This document shows positions 1-8,829 of a stretch of DNA of 13,224 nucleotides, piece by piece. How positions within the stretch are numbered: the stretch's first letter is position 1; every line of letters starts with the position of its first letter. This DNA is from a virus. Lineage: Duplodnaviria > Heunggongvirae > Uroviricota > Caudoviricetes. The stretch lies in IMG/VR virus record IMGVR_UViG_641522650_000012, one strand, 5' to 3'. The translations under genes and the position numbers were made by a program. The notes under the pieces were generated by a model, which was not told the DNA's origin, did not search any database, and saw nothing but the letters and a program-made list of their open reading frames with translations.

Positions 1-258
1 ATGCAAACCGTTATTTTTGGTCGTTCGGCTTGCCCTTACTGTGTGCGTGCAAAAGATCTGGCTGAGAAATTGAGCAATGAACGCGATGATTTTCAGTATC
101 AGTATGTAGATATTCGTGCGGAAGGGATCACTAAAGAAGATCTACAACAAAAGGCAGGTAAACCCGTAGAAACCGTGCCGCAGATTTTTGTCGATCAGCA
201 ACATATCGGCGGCTATACCGATTTTGCTGCATGGGTGAAAGAAAATCTGGACGCCTGA
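1..258 (+). CDS. grxA: Glutaredoxin 1
   Basis: 85-aa ORF with the CPYC active-site motif (SACPYCVRAK); near-identical to my recollection of E. coli GrxA. Followed by a hairpin terminator. Confidence 0.95.
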   Translation: MQTVIFGRSACPYCVRAKDLAEKLSNERDDFQYQYVDIRAEGITKEDLQQKAGKPVETVPQIFVDQQHIGGYTDFAAWVKENLDA

Positions 259-267
259 TCGTCTGAC

Positions 268-300
268 AAGCCCTCGCGTTGAGGGCTTTACTGATTTTTT
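268..300 (+). terminator. Rho-independent terminator downstream of grxA (overlaps the 3' end of convergent ybjM)
   Basis: Inverted repeat agccctc/gagggct (269-275 / 281-287) with a 5-nt loop, followed by a T-rich run ending in tttttt (295-300). Confidence 0.5.
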
Positions 301-665
301 CTGTGCTGTGGTTTAAACAAACTACTGATAAATAAGAAACACAGTGCCCCCAGCGCACACCAGAACACCGCGCTTAGTAACCATGCCAGCTCTTGCCAGA
401 ATGAGCGCGTCGGTGAAAAAAACAGCCGCATAATGAGCATTGAACAGGGTGCCGCCAGCATTGCGCCAAATAGAGGTTTCAGGACTTCTCTACGCTGTGA
501 AAAGAAACTGGCAACTGCTCCAGGAAGAATGAAAAACAGCAAGCCGATTTCAGGATGCCCGGCAGCCCGAAAAGCGCCTTTCATGTGCGTCGCCAGAAAA
601 AGGCACACCACAATGAAGAGGACAAAACAGCAGATTGCCCCCGCCCAACGTTGTTTATGTTTCAC
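288..665 (-). CDS. ybjM: Small inner-membrane protein (YbjM-like)
   Basis: 125-aa ORF, strongly hydrophobic with several predicted TM segments; size and position between grxA and ybjL match the E. coli K-12 synteny as I remember it. Confidence 0.75.
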   Translation of the reverse strand: MKHKQRWAGAICCFVLFIVVCLFLATHMKGAFRAAGHPEIGLLFFILPGAVASFFSQRREVLKPLFGAMLAAPCSMLIMRLFFSPTRSFWQELAWLLSAVFWCALGALCFLFISSLFKPQHRKNQ

Positions 666-934
666 TCGTTCCTCCTGACACTGCGTCTATCGAACACATT
701 TTTCGCCAGTGTGGCGTTCAGTAAGATAAAGCCGCTTCGCATTCCATGCTAATATAGGCCAACGCAATTCATATAGCCGTTGATACCTAATGTGATTACA
801 CTAGTAAAATATATTGTTACTTTACTATCGTTTAGGTGCGCTGAATGAATCTGCGCCCTGAATTCTGGTAAAAAACATTATCGTAAATTACCATTTCTTT
901 CAACAGCTTACTAGTAAACAAGAAGTTAGCCTCC

Positions 935-2620
935 GTGAATATAAACGTCGCCGAATTGTTAAATGGGAATTACATTCTGTTATTATTTGTGGTCCTCGCG
1001 CTTGGGCTATGTCTCGGAAAGTTACGACTTGGTTCGATCCAACTGGGTAATTCCATTGGCGTTTTAGTCGTATCGCTGTTATTAGGCCAACAACATTTCA
1101 GCATTAACACCGATGCGCTTAATCTTGGCTTTATGCTGTTTATTTTCTGCGTCGGGGTCGAAGCCGGACCGAACTTTTTTTCCATTTTTTTTCGCGATGG
1201 GAAAAATTACCTAATGTTAGCACTGGTGATGGTTGGCAGTGCGCTGGTGATCGCCTTAGGGTTAGGTAAGCTGTTTGGCTGGGATATTGGCCTGACGGCC
1301 GGTATGTTAGCAGGCTCTATGACGTCGACACCGGTTCTGGTCGGTGCTGGCGATACACTGCGTCATTCCGGCATGGAAAGCAGGCAGCTCTCACTGGCAC
1401 TGGATAATCTGAGCCTCGGGTATGCCTTAACCTATTTAATCGGTCTGGTGAGTTTGATTGTTGGTGCGCGTTACTTGCCGAAATTGCAGCATCAGGACTT
1501 ACAGACCAGCGCCCAGCAAATCGCCCGCGAACGTGGCCTGGACACTGATGCCAACCGTAAGGTTTATTTACCGGTGATCCGCGCCTATCGCGTCGGCCCG
1601 GAGCTGGTGGCCTGGACCGACGGCAAAAATCTGCGTGAACTGGGTATTTATCGACAAACCGGCTGCTACATTGAACGTATTCGACGTAACGGGATTCTGG
1701 CAAATCCAGACGGTGATGCCGTGCTACAAATGGGCGATGAAATAGCGTTGGTAGGCTATCCCGACGCCCATGCCCGACTCGATCCCAGCTTCCGTAACGG
1801 TAAAGAAGTTTTCGATCGTGACCTTCTCGACATGCGTATCGTCACTGAAGAAGTGGTCGTTAAAAACCATAACGCTGTAGGTAAACGTCTCGCACAACTG
1901 AAGTTGACCGATCACGGTTGCTTCCTTAACCGCGTCATTCGTAGCCAGATTGAGATGCCGATAGATGACAACGTCGTGCTTAACAAAGGTGACGTTTTAC
2001 AAGTCAGCGGTGATGCCCGTCGCGTAAAAACCATCGCCGATCGCATCGGCTTTATCTCGATTCACAGCCAGGTCACTGACCTGCTGGCATTTTGCGCCTT
2101 CTTTGTTATTGGGCTGATGATCGGGATGATCACCTTCCAGTTCAGCACATTCAGTTTCGGCATGGGGAACGCTGCCGGGTTGTTATTCGCCGGAATTATG
2201 CTGGGCTTTATGCGTGCTAACCACCCGACCTTCGGTTACATTCCGCAAGGTGCATTAAGCATGGTGAAAGAGTTCGGCTTGATGGTGTTTATGGCAGGCG
2301 TTGGTCTGAGCGCCGGTAGCGGTATTAATAACGGCCTGGGCGCGATTGGCGGTCAGATGTTGATTGCCGGATTAATTGTCAGTCTTGTGCCCGTGGTTAT
2401 CTGTTTCTTGTTCGGTGCTTATGTATTGCGAATGAACCGCGCACTGTTGTTCGGCGCAATGATGGGCGCACGCACCTGCGCGCCGGCAATGGAGATCATC
2501 AGTGATACAGCTCGCAGTAACATCCCTGCGCTGGGCTATGCGGGCACCTACGCAATCGCCAACGTCCTGCTGACGCTGGCAGGGACAATCATCGTCATGG
2601 TATGGCCAGGATTAGGATAA
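935..2620 (+). CDS. ybjL: Putative AAE-family transporter YbjL with two central RCK_C/TrkA_C-like domains
   Basis: 561-aa ORF, N-terminus [13 protein letters not shown] matches my recollection of YbjL; hydrophobic N- and C-terminal halves around a soluble middle. Start codon is GTG at 935. Confidence 0.9.
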
Positions 2621-2732
2621 AACTGAAGTTGCCCTGAAAATGAAATTTTTTTGCACAACCGCAGAACTTTTCCGCAGGGCATCAGTCTTAATTAGTGCCA
2701 CTGCTTTTCTTTGATGTCCCCATTTTGTGGAG

Positions 2733-2778
2733 CCCATCAACCCCGCCATTTCGGTTCAAGGTTGATGGGTTTTTTGTT
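2733..2778 (+). terminator. Intrinsic terminator-like hairpin in the ybjL/ogr intergenic region
   Basis: Perfect 10-bp inverted repeat cccatcaacc (2733-2742) / ggttgatggg (2760-2769), followed by tttttt (2770-2775). T-run only on the + strand, so it would stop rightward transcripts. Confidence 0.45.
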
Positions 2779-2855
2779 GTCTGAAATTTATGCCTTTTAA
2801 AATCATGATGTTAGAAGCACTGTTTTTTAACGATGGCGACAAAATGGCGGCAGCG

Positions 2856-3107
2856 TCAAAGAGAGAGCGCCACCTGTCCTGATTTCATTGGATGCGGCTG
2901 AACCGGATTTGACTCTTTTGGCGTTGCAATCGAACGAACAAAAGTTTCATGGGTAACAAAAGTATGGCTGCAGTTAATGTTCTGGCACTGGTTGTAACGC
3001 TCTTTGGTCAATGAAGATACCTGAAAACTGCTGCGAGTATGGGCGGCACTTCCACACAGTGGGCAAATCATCATTTTTCGAGTTCTCCCCATTTTTGCTA
3101 AATTCAC
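2856..3107 (-). CDS. ogr: Ogr/Delta-family zinc-finger late-gene transcriptional activator
   Basis: From the internal Met (start at 3071) the protein reads MICPLCGSAAH...KERYNQCQNINCSHTF, the C-x2-C...C-x4-C pattern of P2 Ogr (~72 aa). The ORF-track start at 3107 is probably an upstream over-extension. Confidence 0.85.
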   Translation of the reverse strand: MNLAKMGRTRKMMICPLCGSAAHTRSSFQVSSLTKERYNQCQNINCSHTFVTHETFVRSIATPKESNPVQPHPMKSGQVALSL

Positions 3108-3164
3108 AATAATGATACCGCATTATTCCATTTTGCAAGCTTAAAAGTTCTCCATTGCGAAGAA

Positions 3165-4265
3165 TCATTCCATTTCGAAATCATCAATCCTCACTTCAAG
3201 CTCCAGACTGGTCGTAAAACCGTTATCCGGGCTGACAGTATGCGTCAGAGTCGTAATGGTCCATTCCGCATCATCTATCGGCTGTTTAAAGCCACTGACC
3301 TTCACAGGCATTTCTGTGTAGAGATCTGCCCGCCCTTCCGCCAGTTGTAGCGAGAATGATGCAACGCCGCGTTGCAGGCGTTCCCACTGCATTTTCGCTG
3401 CCCGTTCGGCGTTGCTCCGGTTGGCATAAGTGCGATTAAGTACCAGCACGTTTTCATCCGTACCCACCAGGTAATCGCCCTGCTTCGCTTCCGGCTCTTT
3501 CTTCTGCTTCTTAGTCCTGCGCTTACGCTTCACCGTGGTGCTTTCTTTCTTCGCGGGTTCGCGGGTATGCAACCAGCTGGCAATGACGCCCGTGTAAGCT
3601 CCGCGATCTGCCAGGGTAAAGCGGTGACTGTCGCCGTCCTTGCGTGTGATAGTGATCACCGGTAGTGGTTTACCGCTGGCGCTTTTACCCTGCCCCTGCC
3701 GGATGAATAACAGATTGCCATTTTTCACCGACGCAATAGCACCGTACTGGCGCGCCAGCCGCATCAAAAAACTGCCGTCACTCTCATTAGTCTGGTCTAT
3801 ATGCTCCACGAGTTTATCCGACAAGTCTTCACCCAATGCCATCTTCAGTTTGTGCCGCGCAGCTATTTCCTTCACCACTTCCCCAACGGTGGTCTTGTGC
3901 CACGACTTTTCACGGCGGGTATTCAGCGTTTCACGAAAATCAGCACTTCGCGCCCGGATAGTCAGGCGATCCGGTGCGCCAGTGTGTTCAATCTCGTCCA
4001 CCGTGAATGCCCCTTTCGGGAAAAGCGGCTGTCCCTTCCAGCCCAGCGCCAGCGTAATGACAGCCCCACGGCGCGGCAGCACGATTTTTCCATCGGCGTC
4101 GTCCAGCTCCAGATCAAGCTGGTCCGCTTCAAAGCCCCGGTTATCCGTCAGCGTCAGCCCCATCAGGCGGTTGTCCAGCACAGTGGTGATATCCCTGCCT
4201 TCAATACTGATGCTGAATGCCGGAGTTTTGTTGCCTTTGTTAAGCAGTTCAGAGCTGAAATTCAC
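3165..4265 (-). CDS. P2 gpD-like tail protein (late control gene D family)
   Basis: 366-aa ORF in the canonical P2 position between U and ogr; basic KRKRRTKKQKK linker region. Start inferred as GTG at 4265, overlapping the U stop codon (GTGA). Confidence 0.8.
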   Translation of the reverse strand: MNFSSELLNKGNKTPAFSISIEGRDITTVLDNRLMGLTLTDNRGFEADQLDLELDDADGKIVLPRRGAVITLALGWKGQPLFPKGAFTVDEIEHTGAPDRLTIRARSADFRETLNTRREKSWHKTTVGEVVKEIAARHKLKMALGEDLSDKLVEHIDQTNESDGSFLMRLARQYGAIASVKNGNLLFIRQGQGKSASGKPLPVITITRKDGDSHRFTLADRGAYTGVIASWLHTREPAKKESTTVKRKRRTKKQKKEPEAKQGDYLVGTDENVLVLNRTYANRSNAERAAKMQWERLQRGVASFSLQLAEGRADLYTEMPVKVSGFKQPIDDAEWTITTLTHTVSPDNGFTTSLELEVRIDDFEME

Positions 4266-4747
4266 GACAGCAGCCCTCCCACCGTTTTACTGATATCGCT
4301 TAAGGCAGATGTTGCCGTTCCCTGCAGATTATTCAGTTGCGCACTGAGATCACCGAACATATCGGACAGGGATTCATCCACGCGTTTTAGCGACAGGGTG
4401 AACTCAATCCGGCGCGGCATACCGTCGCGGAAAAACTCCGTTTTAGTCTGATTCAGTCCCTCAATCACATACATGCCGTAAATCGTGCCGCTGCCTTCAA
4501 TCAGGGGCCATGCTTTTCCCTGTTCTGCCATCTGCTCCAGAGCCAGCAACGACAGCCTGCCGCCCGTTACCTCCGGCATAAGAACACCAGAAAGCGTCAG
4601 CATGTCGTTGTCCGGTCCCAGAAACTGCGTTGACGGGCGTCGGTTTACCCGGCTGTTTGCCGCATGTCGCCAGCTGCGTTGATACTGCAGCTCCTGATAC
4701 GGCACGGTGCGCAGCATAAACACGTACAATCCCAGCACCATCATCAT
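4262..4747 (-). CDS. P2 gpU-like tail protein
   Basis: 161-aa ORF starting MMMVLGLYVFMLRTVPYQ, matching my recollection of gpU; ATGA overlap with the tape-measure stop codon (4744-4747). Confidence 0.85.
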   Translation of the reverse strand: MMMVLGLYVFMLRTVPYQELQYQRSWRHAANSRVNRRPSTQFLGPDNDMLTLSGVLMPEVTGGRLSLLALEQMAEQGKAWPLIEGSGTIYGMYVIEGLNQTKTEFFRDGMPRRIEFTLSLKRVDESLSDMFGDLSAQLNNLQGTATSALSDISKTVGGLLS

Positions 4748-7700
4748 GCGTCGTATCCCCCCTGATCGCTGTAGTTACTCCTGGCTTTTGCCTTCAGCCT
4801 GCGTTCACGTTCATCAAGCTGGCGGGCCACCTCCCGCGCAATATCCTGCGCACTTTGTCCTGGCTGCGTTTGAATGATGATCTGCATCGGTGCCTCAATC
4901 CGTTGAACGGGCGGCACAGTGGCTGCACGACTCACCATCGCTTCACCGCCTTTCGCGGGAAGTGCCAAAGGGTGCAACGGTGGAAGCTCTGCTGGCGTAG
5001 CAGCAACACCCATCATTCCGGCAACAACGGCAGCCAGTGCAGCTGTATTTCTCCGGCTGGTCACATTTGCCGGGCCGTTAACAATTTCCGGCCCGTTTTC
5101 ACCGACGATGCCAAACTGCCCGCGCGGGATATACCCGCCGCTGTCATACATCCCCGCAAAGCCATATCCCCATGACGGAAAACCACCCGATGGCATCATC
5201 ACTTTACCGTCTGCATTCACCGTCGCAGGTTGCTGACGCGTCACGCTTTCCGGCAGTTTCGCCTTTGCGGCCTCTTTACTGACAATGCCAAGTTTCTCCA
5301 GCAACCAGGAAACGCCGGATTTCAGGGAGTCCAGCGGATGCATGACCATATTCAGCCCTTCCGCCAGAGCCTCCCCGAATCGTCGCCCCATTGCCGCTGC
5401 ACTCTGCAGTTCGGCAGAGGTCGACTTAACGGGCGTCAGCAGATCAGTAAACCAGCCCCACAGCGCCTGTACTTTGTCGCCAATCCACTGGAACACAGGC
5501 TTAAGCGGTTCGAACGCGGCACTGACAGGACCTGCCGCCGCTTTGAATCCTTCCACCACGCCACCGAGAAATGCGGTGATGGGCTGCCAGTATTTCCAGA
5601 CAACCAGCGCCACACCCGCCAGTGCAGTAACCACAAGACCTATCAGACTGAGCAGAGCACCTAACAGACCAGAGACGGCATACAGGGCAACGCGCAGCAT
5701 CGCCAGTGGACCGGATGCGAGCATACGCAGCACCGTGCCTGTGGCAGCCAGTCCGCCGCGTAGTACCGCCAGTGGATTCATAAACATCACAGCAACCGCA
5801 CGTAAACCGGATAATCCAGACCGCAAAAGTGCAACCGGCGCACCTGCTACAGTTTTCAGGACATTTCCCGTCAGTGATGCCGTGCGGCGCAAAGACGACA
5901 ACGGCGCAGTAAGTAAACCTGCAGCGTTGCCCGATGAAGCAAGCCCGCGTCGCAGCAGTGCCAGTGGTGCGCCAGCCAGCCAGGACAACGCGTTGCTGGT
6001 TCGGGTTACTGCTGCCGTAACGGAAGGTAACGTTTTGATACCCAGCACAGAGAATCCCAGACGGATGACTGCCAGCGGCCCCAGCACTGCAGCCAGCGCC
6101 ACCGCTAAGGTGCCGAGGCCCACGGTAACGGCAGCTACCACAGCGGCTACTTTCATCAGAGTGCCCGTCAGTTCCGGGTTAGCTTCCACCCAGCGACGCA
6201 ACGCCCCCGTGACGCTTTTCACCGTGTACAGAATATCCATCAGCGGCTGGCGCAGCGTTTCCCCCAGGCTGCTGAAGGTGTTCTGTGCTCCGGTTTTGAC
6301 CAGCAACCACTGAGCAGAAAGTGAATCCTTGTTGATGTCGGATTCTTTCTGCATGGAACCGAGCGCATCATTGCCCGCAGTCAGTTTTAACTGGCGCTGA
6401 AGTTCCGGCAGGTTGTTTGCCAGTTTCGCTGCGTCATCGCCAAACTCTTTACCAAACAACATGGTCATGGCAGACAGGCGCTTATCCTGTGGCAGCGCAT
6501 TCACCTTCTCCAGCACCCGCTGGATAGTTCCCATCGCATCCTTCGTCATCTGCTTTTCAATCACTTCTGGATTGAGTTTCAGCAGATTCATCCCTTCAAA
6601 GAAACTCTTGCTTTGCATGGTGGCAATGGACAATTCACGCACCATCGCGTTTGCTGCACTGGCTGCAACCTCAGGCGCAGCGCCGAGTGTCAGGAAGGTG
6701 GAACCCAGCGCCGCCGCTTTACGATAATCCAGACGGTCAGCCACACCGCCCAGGCGTTGCATGACATCAATGATGTCCGCCCCTTTCGACATGGCGTTAT
6801 CATCCAGATAGTTCAGCGCATCACCGAGCTGCTCAATATTGCGGGTAGGGATTTTGTAGAGCTGGGCGATTTTCCCCAGACTTTCTGACAGTTCATCCGC
6901 TGGCAGTTCAAAGGCTGTTGCCGCCTTTGCCGCCGTGCTGGCGAAGGCCAGCAGGTCACGTTTCTGGTCTTCCCAGCTGTCGTCAGGGTTTGCGACGTTC
7001 ATGCGCGCACCACCTTCAACCAGTGCGGCGAAGTCCACAGCACCGTTTTCCATCGGCAACTGTTCGCTGGCAGCCTTGATGGCACCCTGCATTTCGTAAA
7101 AACGCGCAGTGCGGTTGCCATTATCGTCACGCAGACCATTGACCTGCTTTGCCACACCTTTCATGGCATCTTCCATGCTGGTATAGCTTTTTACTGCCGC
7201 CATCACTGGTGCGCCCATTGCCAGCCCTGCAGCCGTGGTGGTGGCTCCGGCACCTGCAATACGATCCCTTACCTCAAGACGCCTGGCGTAAGCCCCCCGG
7301 GCGGCGTGCATTTTTCGCTGTTGCTCCCCGACACGTCGTAACCTCGCTTCCTGCTCAGAAAGCTGCCTGTTATAACGCATCGTTTCACGGGTAATGCGGG
7401 CCGTCGCACTGGCGCCATCATTAGCTGAAATACCAGCACGATAAAGTTCTGCACGCACAAGCGCCGTCTGCTGCTGCAGCTTTTTCTGGCGTTCTTCCAG
7501 GCGCTGAACAGCCAGCCGTTGACGGCCCAGAGCAACAACCTGACGTTGCGAAGGCGGCCCCATCGCTCCCAGTTCCTGACTGAGCAAATTTGCACGCTGG
7601 CGGGCATAGTTCAGCCTGTCGCCTAATTTCTGATTTTCTGCCTGCAGCTTTCGGAAGCTGTCCAGACTGCTCCCGGCCTGATCAAGCTGCTTTATTGCAT

Positions 7701-7821
7701 CGCGGGATTTTTTGACAGCAGCAGCCAGTTCTCTTGAACTGGCCTGCGCGGATCGAAATGGGCGGGTGAGTTTGTCAACCGCATTAAGAATCACCTGCAG
7801 ACGCAGGTTATTGTCACTCAT
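4744..7821 (-). CDS. Tail tape measure protein (P2 gpT family)
   Basis: 1025-aa ORF, coiled-coil-like N-terminal third, central hydrophobic/Gly-Ala-rich repeat tract, position between E/E' and U. Its start overlaps the E' stop codon. Confidence 0.9.
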   Translation of the reverse strand: MSDNNLRLQVILNAVDKLTRPFRSAQASSRELAAAVKKSRDAIKQLDQAGSSLDSFRKLQAENQKLGDRLNYARQRANLLSQELGAMGPPSQRQVVALGRQRLAVQRLEERQKKLQQQTALVRAELYRAGISANDGASATARITRETMRYNRQLSEQEARLRRVGEQQRKMHAARGAYARRLEVRDRIAGAGATTTAAGLAMGAPVMAAVKSYTSMEDAMKGVAKQVNGLRDDNGNRTARFYEMQGAIKAASEQLPMENGAVDFAALVEGGARMNVANPDDSWEDQKRDLLAFASTAAKAATAFELPADELSESLGKIAQLYKIPTRNIEQLGDALNYLDDNAMSKGADIIDVMQRLGGVADRLDYRKAAALGSTFLTLGAAPEVAASAANAMVRELSIATMQSKSFFEGMNLLKLNPEVIEKQMTKDAMGTIQRVLEKVNALPQDKRLSAMTMLFGKEFGDDAAKLANNLPELQRQLKLTAGNDALGSMQKESDINKDSLSAQWLLVKTGAQNTFSSLGETLRQPLMDILYTVKSVTGALRRWVEANPELTGTLMKVAAVVAAVTVGLGTLAVALAAVLGPLAVIRLGFSVLGIKTLPSVTAAVTRTSNALSWLAGAPLALLRRGLASSGNAAGLLTAPLSSLRRTASLTGNVLKTVAGAPVALLRSGLSGLRAVAVMFMNPLAVLRGGLAATGTVLRMLASGPLAMLRVALYAVSGLLGALLSLIGLVVTALAGVALVVWKYWQPITAFLGGVVEGFKAAAGPVSAAFEPLKPVFQWIGDKVQALWGWFTDLLTPVKSTSAELQSAAAMGRRFGEALAEGLNMVMHPLDSLKSGVSWLLEKLGIVSKEAAKAKLPESVTRQQPATVNADGKVMMPSGGFPSWGYGFAGMYDSGGYIPRGQFGIVGENGPEIVNGPANVTSRRNTAALAAVVAGMMGVAATPAELPPLHPLALPAKGGEAMVSRAATVPPVQRIEAPMQIIIQTQPGQSAQDIAREVARQLDERERRLKAKARSNYSDQGGYDA
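5686..5967 (-). repeat. Five imperfect ~63-bp (21-aa) in-frame tandem repeats inside the tape measure gene
   Basis: Protein motif P-L-A-x-L-R-x-G-L recurs at about aa 619, 640, 661, 682 and 705 of the tape measure protein. Confidence 0.6.
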
Positions 7822-8250
7822 GGCTGGCCCCGCTTCTCTGAATCGCTTTATCCCGCCATTCCAGCACTTCGGTCAGCGGCATAACGTCAGTAACGGATGG
7901 CGGCCAGTGAAAGATGGTGGCGATATCAGCCACCAGATCGTCAACCGTCAGGCTGTCGGTAAACCGGCAAGCACCGACTTCTTCAACAAAAAAGTGACAA
8001 CCTCAACCGACATGGCAGTGAGATCTGCCGGGTCCATCTCTGCAATTTCCTGTGCAGTCAGTGCCGGACTGGAGATGCGGGGGATCACGGTCATCATCGC
8101 GTTCACATCCATATCCATAATGGCCTGCAGGCGTGTGCCGCGCAGCGCACCGGACTGCGGTTTACGCAACACAATTTCGGTAATTTCTGTTTTACCGCGC
8201 ATGATGGGAGTATCCAGTTGAATGGTCTTTTCAGTCTGCTTATCGCTCAT
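7814..8250 (-). CDS. gpE+E' tail assembly chaperone made by programmed -1 ribosomal frameshift
   Basis: After a -1 slip at T-TTT-TTG the reading frame stays open for 58 codons to a TGA at 7816-7814, overlapping the T start codon (ATGAGTGA). Predicted fusion is about 146 aa, as for P2 E+E' and analogous to lambda G/GT. Confidence 0.6.
7948..8250 (-). CDS. P2 gpE-like tail assembly chaperone (zero-frame product)
   Basis: 100-aa ORF between FII and T with an SD-like AGGA upstream; contains the TTTTTTG slippery heptamer near its 3' end. Confidence 0.8.
   Translation of the reverse strand: MSDKQTEKTIQLDTPIMRGKTEITEIVLRKPQSGALRGTRLQAIMDMDVNAMMTVIPRISSPALTAQEIAEMDPADLTAMSVEVVTFLLKKSVLAGLPTA
7987..7993 (-). 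promoter_or_regulatory. Slippery heptamer T-TTT-TTG for the E/E' -1 frameshift
   Basis: The + strand reads caaaaaa at 7987-7993; on the coding strand this is the TTT-TTG codon pair of gpE preceded by T. Confidence 0.6.
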
Positions 8251-8304
8251 TTTGTTGTCCTGTAAATTAGGTTCTGGCGCGGCATTCCGCGCCGTTCAGA
8301 TACA

Positions 8305-8820
8305 TCAGAGGCCGAGGGCGTTGCGGTGCGCTTCCATCAGGTCCACACCGTCCACAATTTCCACCATGTTGATCAGGTCCACTTCATAGAGCACCTCACC
8401 ATTGATGGTCAGCTTCGCGTAGCTGTTGGTACTGGTCACTTTGGTAGTGTTGCTTTCGCCCGTCTTCCACTCGCCGGAATCTACTTCTTTGTGACGTCCA
8501 CGCACCACAAGCTCCACGGCCTGCACTTCCCCGGTATCATCACGCTGAATAGAGCCGGTAAAGCGCAGCTGGATGCCATCCACCGTGGCTTTGCCCATCT
8601 GCTTAAACAGCAGCAGTTCAGTACCACCAATGGAAAATTCTGTATCCAGTGCACTGTCATCCAGTCCCAGATCCACATCCACCGCTCCGGGCATACCGCC
8701 GCCGCGATACTTCTCATATTTGCGGGTGAATTTCGGCAGCGTCAGCGACTCAACGATCCCCTGCCAGTTGTTCCCGTCGTTAAACAGGTTCAGGTGTTTT
8801 AATTTGCGTGGTAAAGCCAT
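8305..8820 (-). CDS. Tail tube protein (P2 gpFII family)
   Basis: 171-aa ORF immediately downstream of the sheath gene; size and position match P2 FII. Confidence 0.85.
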   Translation of the reverse strand: MALPRKLKHLNLFNDGNNWQGIVESLTLPKFTRKYEKYRGGGMPGAVDVDLGLDDSALDTEFSIGGTELLLFKQMGKATVDGIQLRFTGSIQRDDTGEVQAVELVVRGRHKEVDSGEWKTGESNTTKVTSTNSYAKLTINGEVLYEVDLINMVEIVDGVDLMEAHRNALGL

Positions 8821-8829
8821 GTTGTCCCC

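Noticed and set aside
800-918. Direct repeat actagtaaa (800-808 and 910-918) in the ybjM/ybjL divergent promoter region
   Set aside because: A 9-bp match in 269 bp of AT-rich DNA is not clearly beyond chance; this is conserved host intergenic sequence and I cannot tie it to a regulator from sequence alone.
2733-2778. Possible tRNA 3' fragment (ggttcaagg resembles a T-loop) marking a tRNA-type att site
   Set aside because: No acceptor stem or CCA end follows and the stem is a simple 10-bp hairpin followed by a T-run; better explained as an intrinsic terminator.
2974-3168. 64-aa minus-strand ORF overlapping the ogr N-terminal region in another frame
   Set aside because: Overlaps the ogr start region and promoter; no start context or family resemblance. 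Most likely a chance ORF in the D-ogr intergenic region.
5285-6313. 342-aa ORF on the + strand, plus other long + strand ORFs at 3640-4293, 3801-4451, 7712-8221, 8326-8802, 9103-9531, 11473-11844 and 11899-12366
   Set aside because: All lie antisense within well-supported minus-strand genes (D, T, E, FII, FI, IS4 transposase). Their products are low-complexity (Ser/Ala/Pro/Arg-rich) with no start context; typical shadow ORFs of GC-rich coding DNA.
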